The notes under the pieces are model-generated. The model was not told the DNA's origin, did no database searches, and saw only the letters and a list, made by a program, of their open reading frames with translations. DNA of 64,000 nt from an uncultured Methanosarcinales archaeon (GTDB lineage: Archaea > Nanobdellota > Nanobdellia > Woesearchaeales > JAGVZT01): NCBI GenBank assembly GCA_964354685.1, contig CAYHAM010000005.1, positions 9,942 through 73,941 on the forward strand. Direction: 5' to 3'. Both the position numbers and the translations under genes were made by a program. Of the stretch, positions 55,616 to 64,000 are shown piece after piece. Position 1 is the stretch's first letter. Each line of letters starts with the position of its first letter.

Positions 55616-55687
55616 GATGTTGTTTCTATTTGCTTAGGTAATGAAGAGATAACAGATTTTCAAAATCTTTATAAATCAAACTGATAT

Positions 55688-55882
55688 TTGGGTGGTGTTA
55701 AGATGGATAGGGAGCAACCTGTTGATCCTTATAAGGAGATTATGGAGAATATTGACTTGCTTAGTCCTGTTAAGAGATGTCCAAAGTGTAATGCCTTGAC
55801 TTTGCAATATGATGAGAAGAGTGGCAGAATATATTGTGAGGATTGTGGCTTTGAGAGATTCTTGCCAAGAGTGAAAAAATGA
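55688..55882 (+). CDS. Small zinc-ribbon protein (64 aa)
   Basis: CPKC-x14-CEDC. Overlaps the start of the first EamA gene. Confidence 0.4.
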   Translation: MGGVKMDREQPVDPYKEIMENIDLLSPVKRCPKCNALTLQYDEKSGRIYCEDCGFERFLPRVKK

Positions 55883-56769
55883 GTTGGTTAATTTTTGCTT
55901 TGTTGGCTGCTTTGTTTTTTTCTATTGGTTATATCCTTGACAAAATCCTGCTTGATAAACATTTTAAGCATCCACTTACATTGCTCGTTTTCAAAACCAT
56001 TATCTGGCTGAGCATATGGTTAGTTTTGCCTTTTACTGGATTTAGTATCCCTAGCAAAGAGTTGTTGTTCTTTATTATTGTGATTAGCTTGATTGATACA
56101 CTAGCATTTTTACCTTTTTTAAAGGCTATGTCGTTGGAGGAGGCATCAAGGATTGCACCTTTGCACGAGCTTCGGGCAGTTGTTGCCTTTGTGTTGGCTT
56201 TTTTGTTTCTAGGGGAGAGATTGAGTTCTAATCAGTTGATTGCGTTTGTTCTGATTCTTATTGGTGGATTTATTATCTCAGTTAAGGATGTTAAGGGTAT
56301 TTTCAAGATTAGAAGGGCATTTTGGTTGATGTGCTTGGTTATTGTAATGCGGGGGACCAACATAATTCTTCTTAAATATCTTTTTACTAATGCAGAGTAT
56401 TGGTCTGCCATTGCTCTCCTCATGTTGTTTGATTTTTTCATAGCCATTTGTTTTTTGGTTATTAAGAGCATAAGGTCTGAATTTTTAAGGACGTTTAGAT
56501 CTGGTAAGAGTATTTGGTTGTTGATAATTGCAAATGGTTTGATGTACATAGGTGGTATTCTCGCGAATAATTACGCGCTCAAGAGTGGACCTGCATCAAT
56601 CATTTCTGTTATAGGTGGGGTTAGAACCTTGTTTGTTTTTTTGATTGCAATATTGATTTCGAGGTATCTACCTAAAGTTTTAAAAGAGGAGCTTAGTTGG
56701 AATGTTTTGTTAGTGAAGATCATCGCTATTGGAATGATATTTGTTGGATTGTATTACTTGTATATTTGA
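55879..56769 (+). CDS. EamA/DMT-family transporter (paralog 1 of 3)
   Basis: 10 TM helices. Duplicated EamA-domain pattern. Confidence 0.6.
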   Translation: MSWLIFALLAALFFSIGYILDKILLDKHFKHPLTLLVFKTIIWLSIWLVLPFTGFSIPSKELLFFIIVISLIDTLAFLPFLKAMSLEEASRIAPLHELRAVVAFVLAFLFLGERLSSNQLIAFVLILIGGFIISVKDVKGIFKIRRAFWLMCLVIVMRGTNIILLKYLFTNAEYWSAIALLMLFDFFIAICFLVIKSIRSEFLRTFRSGKSIWLLIIANGLMYIGGILANNYALKSGPASIISVIGGVRTLFVFLIAILISRYLPKVLKEELSWNVLLVKIIAIGMIFVGLYYLYI

Positions 56770-56772
56770 GGA

Positions 56773-57669
56773 ATGAAAATGGATTGGTTGATATTTGCTT
56801 TGCTGGCACCTTTTTTGTGGAGCTTTACGAATATATTGGACAGAATTTTGACTTCAAGATATGTAAATCCAATGCATTATATGATAATCGGTGGTTTTAC
56901 ATGGTTGGCTAATTTGGTGTTTTTCCCTTGGTCAAATCTTAAGATTATTAGCCTCACTTTTGTTTTGCTTGTGCTTCTTGTTGGGTTGCTGAGAATATCC
57001 ACTTTTTTGTTTTATCTCAAGGCAATGCAGATAGAAGAGGCATCTATAGTGGCTCCTTTAGGTAATCTGAGTACTTTGTTTATTTTGATTATGTCTGCTG
57101 TTTTTTTGAAAGAGATCTTAACTAAAAATCAATTAATTGCATTTTTCTTGATTTTGATTGGTGCATTTATACTTAGTGTTAAGAAGGCAAAGGGTCTGTT
57201 TAAGTTGAGAAAGGCTTTGTGGTTTATATTGATAAACACTTCTCTGTGGGCGGTTTCTTATGTGTTGTTGAAATTTGCCTACAAATATGTGACATTGTGG
57301 GATGCTCTTGTGCTGATAGCTATTGGAGAGGCACTTGGTTGCTTTCTTTTGTTGTTAAATAAAAAACAAAGAGACAGCTTTGTAAAGAATGTAAAAAGAT
57401 ACAAAAGAAATGTGTGGTTGCTAATAGCGGTAAGTAGTTTTTTTGCTATCTTGGGAGGATTGGCTTCATGTGCTGCAATTTTGCTTGGTTCAGTTTCACT
57501 AGTTTCAGTTGTTGGTGGGTTCCAAGGATTATTTGTTCTTATCATGGCATTGTTGCTCTCAAAATATTTCCCTAAAATATTGAAGGAAGAGTTGGATAGA
57601 AAAGTATTACTAACCAAGTTTGTTGCAATTGCTTTGATGATCATAGGATTATATTTTTTGAATTTATAG
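56773..57669 (+). CDS. EamA/DMT-family transporter (paralog 2 of 3)
   Basis: Conserved C-terminus PKILKEEL..LL.K..AI..M..GLY.L. Confidence 0.6.
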   Translation: MKMDWLIFALLAPFLWSFTNILDRILTSRYVNPMHYMIIGGFTWLANLVFFPWSNLKIISLTFVLLVLLVGLLRISTFLFYLKAMQIEEASIVAPLGNLSTLFILIMSAVFLKEILTKNQLIAFFLILIGAFILSVKKAKGLFKLRKALWFILINTSLWAVSYVLLKFAYKYVTLWDALVLIAIGEALGCFLLLLNKKQRDSFVKNVKRYKRNVWLLIAVSSFFAILGGLASCAAILLGSVSLVSVVGGFQGLFVLIMALLLSKYFPKILKEELDRKVLLTKFVAIALMIIGLYFLNL

Positions 57670-57678
57670 GAGATAAAA

Positions 57679-58575
57679 ATGGAATGGGTATTTTTTGCAG
57701 TGTTGGCAGCGTTGCTGTGGGCTGTTGAGAGTGTTGCTGATAAGATAATAATAAGCAAATTCATTAAGGATCCAAGTGTTATGACAATTATTTGGGGTTT
57801 TTTGCAGCTTCTTGTCTTCTTTGTGTTGCTGTTTCATAATTTGGATGTTAGTAATGGTCTTATAATTTTATTAGCAATAATTAGTGGTATGATCGGCATG
57901 CTTGCAGCTGTACCTTATTTCAAAGCTTTGAACCTTGAAGAGGCCTCTCGTATTATTCCAATCATATATTTTTCCCCATTAATTGTTTTGATTTTATCAT
58001 TTATTTTCTTGGGTGAGAGGTTGGGTTTTATTCAGATTATTGCATTTTTTTTGATTCTTATTGGTGGATTTTTGCTGTCATTGAGGAATATTAAAGATAT
58101 GTTTACACTAAAGCGAGCATTTTGGCTAATGGTGTTTGTGGCTTTTTTGTCTGCAGTTTGGCAGATATTAATGAAGCATGTGTATTCAAATATCACTTTT
58201 TTAGATGGATTTTTTTGGTTTAAGATAGGGGGATTTTTTGGGGGCATTATATTGTTATTGTTGAAGAAAAACAGGGTGTCTTTTATTCAGAACTTACAAA
58301 CAATCAAAAGCAAGGTTTTTATTTTTGTTATGTTAGGTGTAGGGTTAGTATCTCTCGCAGATAGTTTAAGTTATGGTTATGCTATTAAGCTTGGTCCTGT
58401 TTCATTAGTTTCTGTTTTGGATGGGATAGCACCTTTGTTTATTTTAATAATAACTATCCTATTATCAAAATACTTACCAAAAATACTTAAAGAGGAGATA
58501 GATAAGAAAATTTTATTAACTAAAGCGTTTGCCATTGCTCTAATGATTGTGGGGTTGTGGTTTTTGTACATATGA
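57679..58575 (+). CDS. EamA/DMT-family transporter (paralog 3 of 3)
   Basis: Same as the two preceding paralogs. Confidence 0.6.
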   Translation: MEWVFFAVLAALLWAVESVADKIIISKFIKDPSVMTIIWGFLQLLVFFVLLFHNLDVSNGLIILLAIISGMIGMLAAVPYFKALNLEEASRIIPIIYFSPLIVLILSFIFLGERLGFIQIIAFFLILIGGFLLSLRNIKDMFTLKRAFWLMVFVAFLSAVWQILMKHVYSNITFLDGFFWFKIGGFFGGIILLLLKKNRVSFIQNLQTIKSKVFIFVMLGVGLVSLADSLSYGYAIKLGPVSLVSVLDGIAPLFILIITILLSKYLPKILKEEIDKKILLTKAFAIALMIVGLWFLYI

Positions 58576-58578
58576 AAA

Positions 58579-59007
58579 ATGAAACCTGAGTATCATCTTG
58601 TGGCTTCTGCATTCCTTGGTTTGGTTGTGTTGTATTTTACAAAATCACCATTAGCAGCTTTGATGTGTTTTGTTTCAGGGTTTTTGATTATTGACCTTGA
58701 TCATTTTTTGGATTTTTGGGTTTACAAGAAAAAAATCACTTTTAGCAGAGAATTTTTTGAAAAGTATTGTGAAAGATCAGGAAAGATGTATATCTTTTTC
58801 CATTCATTCGAGCTTATTTTACTACTTTGGGTTTTGTTTGTAGTTTTTGATGTTGGTGTTGTGGGGATTGGGATAATGGTTGGGTTGCTATCGCATTTAT
58901 TAATAGATCTTTTAGGTAATGGTGTGCATCCTTTGGGTTATTTTCTAACCTATAGAGTTTTAAAAGGGTTTGATTTCAAACATTTTAATATAAAGGAGGG
59001 CTATTAG
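58579..59007 (+). CDS. Small membrane protein with His-rich motifs (possible membrane-bound metal-dependent hydrolase fold)
   Basis: IIDLDHFLD and SHLLIDLLGNG. Three TM helices. Confidence 0.3.
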   Translation: MKPEYHLVASAFLGLVVLYFTKSPLAALMCFVSGFLIIDLDHFLDFWVYKKKITFSREFFEKYCERSGKMYIFFHSFELILLLWVLFVVFDVGVVGIGIMVGLLSHLLIDLLGNGVHPLGYFLTYRVLKGFDFKHFNIKEGY

Positions 59008-59056
59008 GAAAGTTTTATTAATCAAAAGGTTTATCATAGCAAAAGAGGTAATTAAA

Positions 59057-59581
59057 ATGACAAGGCATAGAGAGCAACGAATAGGTGTTTTTGTGGATGT
59101 GCAGAATTTGTATTATTCTGCAAAGAATTTGTATAAGAGGAAGGTAAATTTCAGAATAATATTGAATGAAGCAGTTGATGGGAGAAGGCTGTTAAGGGCC
59201 ATTGCATATGTTATAAAAGCAGATGTTAAGGACGAGAAAAACTTTTTTGTTGCATTAGAGAATATAGGTTTTGAGGTTAGGGCCAAGGATTTACAGGTTT
59301 TTTGGGGAGGTGCTAAGAAGGGTGATTGGGATGTTGGCATAGCTATGGATACCATGAGGATTGCCTCAAAGCTTGACACTGTTGTATTGGTTAGTGGTGA
59401 TGGAGATTTTACTGACCTGCTTCATCATTTGAAGGCATTGGGTTGTAGAACAGAGGTTATGGCATTTGGGAAAACAGCTTCCTCAAAGCTAATAGCAGAA
59501 GCAGATTATTTTGTGGATTTGGATAAAAATATAAGAAAGTTCCTGATAGCACCAACTAAAACAAGTTCAAAACCCTTCTAA
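59057..59581 (+). CDS. NYN/LabA-like (PIN-related) domain protein
   Basis: GVFVDVQNLYYS and VLVSGDGDF motifs. Confidence 0.6.
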   Translation: MTRHREQRIGVFVDVQNLYYSAKNLYKRKVNFRIILNEAVDGRRLLRAIAYVIKADVKDEKNFFVALENIGFEVRAKDLQVFWGGAKKGDWDVGIAMDTMRIASKLDTVVLVSGDGDFTDLLHHLKALGCRTEVMAFGKTASSKLIAEADYFVDLDKNIRKFLIAPTKTSSKPF

Positions 59582-59905
59582 CCCATTAAGAACTTTGCTT
59601 AATTCATTAAAGATGTCTTTGATATTTGAGAAATCTCTTTTTAGACTTAGGTTGACTATGCCCTCACTCTCTTCAGCTAGTATAATATTCTTAACCTTTT
59701 CAATTAGATCTTCTAGGAATTCAAGATGGTCGCGAACCTCTTCAATGTCTTTGTAAGAACCTTCTTGAATTCTCCTTTTTATCTCTCGGCAAGATTCTTT
59801 ATCATGCCTTGGAAGCTCATACTCTTTTCCACCTTTTTTTTCATGCTCTTTGAATGGGCGACCATCTAGGTCATAATCATTATCTGGAGAGTTATGGTAT
59901 GGCAT
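59567..59905 (-). CDS. Hypothetical acidic protein (112 aa)
   Basis: ORF only. 15-nt overlap with 59057 ORF. Confidence 0.3.
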   Translation of the reverse strand: MPYHNSPDNDYDLDGRPFKEHEKKGGKEYELPRHDKESCREIKRRIQEGSYKDIEEVRDHLEFLEDLIEKVKNIILAEESEGIVNLSLKRDFSNIKDIFNELSKVLNGLEGF

Positions 59906-60036
59906 CTTTATTTATAAGATAAGAGATTTTATAAAATTTTCTACTATAGCCTCTAAAACTATTGAAAAAGGGTCTCTAGAACAGCTCTTTTTATATTAGG
60001 TCATATATATGAAAAATATATGAAAAATAAAAAATT

Positions 60037-60183
60037 TATGCTTTTCCAATGATCCTACTAACCTTAGTACCACACTTTGGGCATAAGCCCATGACCATTT
60101 TCATCTTATTTTTTGTTACTCTTTCTTTTGGATCCTTTATTTCAACCTGTTTTTTGCATTTCATACATCTTCCTTGTACCATA
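60037..60183 (-). CDS. Unannotated 48-aa zinc-ribbon protein (DUF5679-like; MVQGRCMKCKKQVEIKDPKE..GLCPKCGTKVSRIIGKA)
   Basis: Hand-translated minus-strand ORF below the 60-aa track cutoff. Two C-x2-C pairs. Resembles a small protein family widely conserved in archaea. Confidence 0.45.
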
Positions 60184-60292
60184 TACTTCACCTGTTTTTT
60201 ATTTGATATATAATCAAATATACATTTAATATATAAATTTATGTGTTTTTGACATCAAAAAATATAAAAACACAGCTACATACGTATATAAT

Positions 60293-60622
60293 ATGGAAAG
60301 AGGCAGGCCTGTTTTTAGCCAGATAAGGCAGAATATTATTGAAATACTCTATTTTTTGGGTAAAAGCTATGGTTATGATATTTACAAGGTTTATATGGCT
60401 GTTTTTCCAAAAATAACAATGAGGAGTGTTTATTATCAGCTTAGAAAGGGTGTAGAGCTTGGGGAACTTAAGGTTGAAAGGGTAATTAAGGAGAAGGGCA
60501 ATTACTCTTGGGGTTCTGAGGCTGAGAAAATATATTATAAGCTTGGAGCAAATGCCAAACCTAGTGGAGATAAGAGGATAAGGGAGTATTTGGAAAAGAT
60601 TGGAAAACATGGTAAGGGTTAA
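60293..60622 (+). CDS. Winged-helix DNA-binding protein (109 aa)
   Basis: SVYYQLRKGVELGEL recognition-helix-like segment. TATA (AATATAAAAA) about 25 nt upstream of the ATG suggests a leaderless mRNA. Confidence 0.4.
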   Translation: MERGRPVFSQIRQNIIEILYFLGKSYGYDIYKVYMAVFPKITMRSVYYQLRKGVELGELKVERVIKEKGNYSWGSEAEKIYYKLGANAKPSGDKRIREYLEKIGKHGKG

Positions 60623-61247
60623 GATTTGTGGGATTACTAATGAAAAAGATGCTCTTTCTATTGCAAAGTTAGGGGTTGATGCTCTTGGTTTTGTGATAAC
60701 AGAAGGTAAATTTCCAAATAAGATCTCTGTTGAGGATGCAAAGAAGATTGTTGCTAAGTTGCCTCCTTTTGTGAGTTCTGTTATAAGTAGTAATCTTGAT
60801 TTAGATAATTTTGTCGAAATCTGTAAAACAATAAGGCCAGATGCTGTTGAGATACATTCTGATATGTGTATTAAAGACTTGAAATTAATTAGGAAAAGGC
60901 TTGAGGGAGTAAAACTAATAAGAACAGTGTTTGTTAAAGATGAAAGTGCTATTAAAGTTGCTAAAAGTATCAATGATTATGTTGATGCAATAACTTTAGA
61001 TAATCCACAAGGTATCTCTGGTGTCCTTGACTGGGATATCTGTAGTGAGATTGTCAAGCAATGTTCAAAGCCAGTTATACTAGCTGGTGGATTAAATCCA
61101 AACAATATTAGAGAAGCTATTCTAAAAGTCAAACCCTATGCTGTTGATGTTATATCTGGTGTTGAGAAAGAGCAAGGGAAGATGGATTTAGGGAAGGTTG
61201 AGAAATTTGTTAGAATTGCTAAGAGTGTAAATCTACCAAGGGTTTAG
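60600..61247 (+). CDS. trpF: Phosphoribosylanthranilate isomerase
   Basis: VKICGIT N-terminus. (beta/alpha)8-barrel PRAI pattern. About 215 aa. Confidence 0.7.
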   Translation: MENMVRVKICGITNEKDALSIAKLGVDALGFVITEGKFPNKISVEDAKKIVAKLPPFVSSVISSNLDLDNFVEICKTIRPDAVEIHSDMCIKDLKLIRKRLEGVKLIRTVFVKDESAIKVAKSINDYVDAITLDNPQGISGVLDWDICSEIVKQCSKPVILAGGLNPNNIREAILKVKPYAVDVISGVEKEQGKMDLGKVEKFVRIAKSVNLPRV

Positions 61248-61838
61248 TCTTGAAGTTAGGTTTCTATCAACCCTTCCTTTTGGTGCAGGGCTCATAAATA
61301 ACAGATTTAATGCTGGGGCTTGATAATTTCTAATTTGATGTGCATGTCCAGGTTTAACAGCTCTCCATTTAACATGTCTATCTTTCCTCCCTAGGGTTAT
61401 GATCTCATTTTCATCATTTAATCTTGATTGTCCACCTAAGGGTACATAAACCTCTAATGAAGGTGTTGCAGACTTTTGGTGTTCATGTTCATCTGATTCG
61501 TACGATGGAGCAAGTATTTGGACTAAATATAAAACAACATGATCCGGTCCTCTTGTTTCGCTCCACGGTACATAACCTGTTTTTGTACTGGTTGGTCTAA
61601 TAATTTCTCCTCTGGAATCTTTGTCCAATAACAATAAGTGATAACAGTGATAACAATATTTTCCACTCTCAATCAAAAAACCTTCTGCTATTCCAACATC
61701 CCCATAACAATCAATTAGTATAGGATCACAATCTTCCATTGGTGTTGTCACTGTTACAAAATATCCCCTTCCCATAGATTTCCGGATAATTCCCTGTAGT
61801 CCAGTATATGCTGCTCCAATTTCATCAACTATTCGCAT
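61233..61838 (-). CDS. Hypothetical protein with GHAHQ motif (possible metallophosphoesterase-like); may be the 3' part of a frameshifted gene extending to about 61990
   Basis: Upstream frame-1 ORF MELDVLVLPKHNQ.. (61990..61900) runs into frame 2, which continues into this ORF without a start codon. Confidence 0.3.
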   Translation of the reverse strand: MRIVDEIGAAYTGLQGIIRKSMGRGYFVTVTTPMEDCDPILIDCYGDVGIAEGFLIESGKYCYHCYHLLLLDKDSRGEIIRPTSTKTGYVPWSETRGPDHVVLYLVQILAPSYESDEHEHQKSATPSLEVYVPLGGQSRLNDENEIITLGRKDRHVKWRAVKPGHAHQIRNYQAPALNLLFMSPAPKGRVDRNLTSRLNPW

Positions 61839-62066
61839 GGATATTAAAGAGAAGCCCCTAGATGATGCACTTTCGAAATCTAGAGCATCATCAATACCCT
61901 CAAAATTTCCATAGACCTCTTCTATTGGGTAATATTCAGAAAATTATCTTGAATCTCTGCTAACACTTCTTCTCTTTGGTTATGTTTTGGAAGGACTAGT
62001 ACATCTAATTCCATTTTATAATATAAAAACTGTAACATATATATAAAATTTGTTATTTTTTAGTAG

Positions 62067-62753
62067 TCACTTTTCAAGTTTTCCCAAAAATCCTAGCAAT
62101 GCAAAGGCCTCTCTTTTTGTGAGCATTGATTTTGTTATTAGGCGCTTCCACACTTTTCTTTGGGTTTCTCGTTTTTGTTCTGTTGCAAAGTACATCTTCT
62201 CAAGTATATTGTCAACCTTTTTTAGTATAACCTCTTTTTCCTTTTTTGACATTGGTGTTATTTTGTCACCAAGTTTTGTTTTTTTAGAGCTTTTGAATAA
62301 TTCATACAGCACAATTGCAACTGCATGGCTTATGTTCATTGCTGGATAGTTTTTAGAGGTAGGTATTGTGATTATAAAATCACATAACTTTAGTTCGTGG
62401 TTTGTTAGGCCATGGCTTTCTCTTCCAAAAAGTAAGGCAATTTTAGCTTTTTTGTTTATTGTTAGTGCAAACTGTTCTGGACTAATAGGCACCCTCGGAA
62501 TATTGTAATCAGAGCCTATCTTTGAGGTTGTTCCAATCACATAATCAAATTTTTTAAAGTAATCAAAGCTTGCTATCTTTGCTTTTTTTAGGATTGATTT
62601 GGCATGCTTTGATCTGTCAAGAGCTTCTTCAGCTAATGGCTCACATTCTGGGTTTATTAGAACCAAATCATTTAACCCAAAGTTTTTCATTACTCTTGCT
62701 ATTGCTCCTAAATTTCCTGGGTTCTGAATACCTACTAACACAAGCGTTATCAT
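62067..62753 (-). CDS. SpoU-class RNA 2'-O-methyltransferase (TrmJ/TrmH-like)
   Basis: N-terminal VLVGIQNPGNLGAIARVMKNFG. SPOUT knot motifs. Confidence 0.7.
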   Translation of the reverse strand: MITLVLVGIQNPGNLGAIARVMKNFGLNDLVLINPECEPLAEEALDRSKHAKSILKKAKIASFDYFKKFDYVIGTTSKIGSDYNIPRVPISPEQFALTINKKAKIALLFGRESHGLTNHELKLCDFIITIPTSKNYPAMNISHAVAIVLYELFKSSKKTKLGDKITPMSKKEKEVILKKVDNILEKMYFATEQKRETQRKVWKRLITKSMLTKREAFALLGFLGKLEK

Positions 62754-62786
62754 AGATCAAAGAAAGGGTAAATTGTATATAAATCT

Positions 62787-63971
62787 TCACCTAAACAGAG
62801 GGAGTAATATACCTAAAGCAATATTCATTATCAGCACAACTAGACAAAGTATGCTAATATTTTTCCAGAGTTTGTTTCCTTTTTTTGTACCTATTGTGTT
62901 TTGTAGTGAGATTTGCAACATTCTACCTCCATCAACAAGGCCTAATGGCAAGAGATTGGCAACACCTATGCCTAAGCTTAGGAAGAACACTAGACCCAAA
63001 ACTTCGGTTAGAATGAGTAAAATATGGTAAATAGGATTTATGTTCTGAAAGTTCTGCTTAAGACTGAATTCATTTTTTATTCCTAACACACCAATGTATG
63101 CTTTTTCAGGATCTTCTGAGTGTTTGGTTGTGGTTATTGTGAATGTTTGTTGCTCTGTGCTTAGGGTGATTACTTGACCAGGTTTTGTTTTGTTCAATAA
63201 TTCAATAAATGGCTCATAACCTGTTATTGGCTCTTCATTTACCATATTAAAGATCATTCCTGGCTTTAGCCCAGCAAGTTCAGCAGGTGTTCCAGGTTCT
63301 ACCCCCTCTATGGAAAAACCAATCGGCTCTGTTATCTTATCCATGGCTGGATTTATTGAAAATTGTAGAATAACGACAATTAGGAGAGCTAGGATTATGT
63401 TAGAGAAAGGCCCTGCTGCAAAAACAGAGTACTGTACAGCGTCTGATTTTTTTCTTAGTTGTTTTTCATCAGGCTCAACAAATGCCCCCATCAAAGGACC
63501 AAAGAAGAAAATGCCAGATGACTTAACATTGATTTTATGTGCGATGGATACAATTCCGTGTGAGAACTCATGAACAAGGATAACTAAGAATAATGCTATC
63601 CACCCAGATATTAGAGGTATGAATATAGGCGAACCAGGAACTTTAACACCAGGCAAGACAAGTGCAATTGCTGGTTGCGCATTTGGTAGTGTTGCTAACT
63701 CATACAGATTTTTTATTAGTAGATAAGAAATATAAAACATAAACAAAAAGCCAACACCTATTCCAATATAACCAAGTATTTTTACTAGCCCTTTTTGTTT
63801 TGTGCCAATGTTCTTGATTACTTTTAAACCAAACTTTGTTCTGTATAAGGCGATGATTTTTGATTGAAAATCAAACTTCTTTCTATTAACATAGACAAGA
63901 AAAATTATTGCTGTGTAGAAGAGTATAACAAATTTGTGTTCTAAAAAGAAATTCAATATTCCAAAACCCAT
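62787..63971 (-). CDS. Site-2 protease (M50 family) with PDZ domain
   Basis: HEFSHG (HExxH) in a TM helix. LDG motif NLLPLGLVDGGRM. PDZ-like GVEPGTPAELAGLKPG. Confidence 0.75.
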   Translation of the reverse strand: MGFGILNFFLEHKFVILFYTAIIFLVYVNRKKFDFQSKIIALYRTKFGLKVIKNIGTKQKGLVKILGYIGIGVGFLFMFYISYLLIKNLYELATLPNAQPAIALVLPGVKVPGSPIFIPLISGWIALFLVILVHEFSHGIVSIAHKINVKSSGIFFFGPLMGAFVEPDEKQLRKKSDAVQYSVFAAGPFSNIILALLIVVILQFSINPAMDKITEPIGFSIEGVEPGTPAELAGLKPGMIFNMVNEEPITGYEPFIELLNKTKPGQVITLSTEQQTFTITTTKHSEDPEKAYIGVLGIKNEFSLKQNFQNINPIYHILLILTEVLGLVFFLSLGIGVANLLPLGLVDGGRMLQISLQNTIGTKKGNKLWKNISILCLVVLIMNIALGILLPLFR

Positions 63972-64000
63972 CTTTACCTCTTTTTTTGGGCGCTTATTTC

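Noticed and set aside
1-64000. CRISPR arrays, rRNA genes, transposases or integrases
   Set aside because: No regularly spaced direct repeats with unique spacers. No rRNA-like conserved stretches. No DDE or tyrosine-recombinase motifs in any ORF. The only multicopy elements are the hairpin family and the cassette triplication.

Overview
This is an AT-rich archaeal chromosomal segment. Small-genome hallmarks suggest a DPANN- or nanoarchaeon-like organism: a stand-alone ribosomal protein S7 gene, apparently split genes (a helicase missing its first RecA domain; TadB/TadC as two ORFs), tRNAs with introns at non-canonical positions, and many tightly overlapping genes. Layout:

- 1-18.1 kb: a surface-proteome locus of large secreted, N-glycosylation-sequon-rich proteins. 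One is a 1395-aa cadherin-like protein. Another is a 915-aa protein with three DCGGPC-type Cys repeats and an LPETG-Gly9 stretch. The locus also holds a tandemly triplicated promoter-plus-gene cassette showing signs of gene conversion.
- 18.1-22.7 kb: a Pro/Lys-rich protein sharing a 'YxFTYEE' tail domain with one of the surface proteins, followed by a MoxR-DUF58-VWA triad.
- 22.9-30.5 kb: a six-hairpin glycosidase, a membrane protein and truD. Three intron-containing tRNAs are confidently called (Arg, Asn and an Ile-like gene with several introns) plus one ~190-nt tRNA-like locus. Also here are a Hel308-like helicase lacking RecA1 and small membrane proteins.
- 30.7-39 kb: a DUF11-like secreted protein convergent with a tightly coupled four-gene, Tad-like type IV pilus/secretion operon on the minus strand. 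The operon encodes a wHTH coiled-coil repeat protein, a FlaI/TadA-type ATPase, and TadB-like plus TadC-like membrane proteins.
- 39-48.3 kb: rps7, a radical SAM enzyme, endonuclease V, a block of hypothetical proteins with atypical composition, XPD/Rad3 helicase and a nitroreductase.
- 48.4-53 kb: three tandem paralogs with a novel conserved domain and poly-lysine tails, then glycogen-type genes (GH57, GlgA-like glycosyltransferase, HAD).
- 53-64 kb: family B DNA polymerase, a zinc-ribbon protein, three tandem EamA transporters, an NYN-domain protein, a small DUF5679-like zinc-ribbon ORF, trpF, a SpoU methyltransferase and a site-2 protease.

No CRISPR array, rRNA, transposase or integrase was seen.

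The most striking signal is a multicopy hairpin element (at least 8 full copies, several in intergenic regions), consensus ATAATTAGCGAGTTGCC-N19-GGCAACTCGTGGTG. Copies differ by compensatory stem changes. Each sits just downstream of an AT-rich promoter-like sequence and often carries a conserved tail (TGTTTCTCTATACCCAAGG-AGAAAGAAAC). This fits an undescribed structured small-RNA or regulatory family.

Further candidates are a heavily base-paired ~220-nt intergenic region (24143-24362) and tRNA genes interrupted in the T-loop and D-loop.

All protein calls rest on motif recognition by eye and need confirmation by database search.
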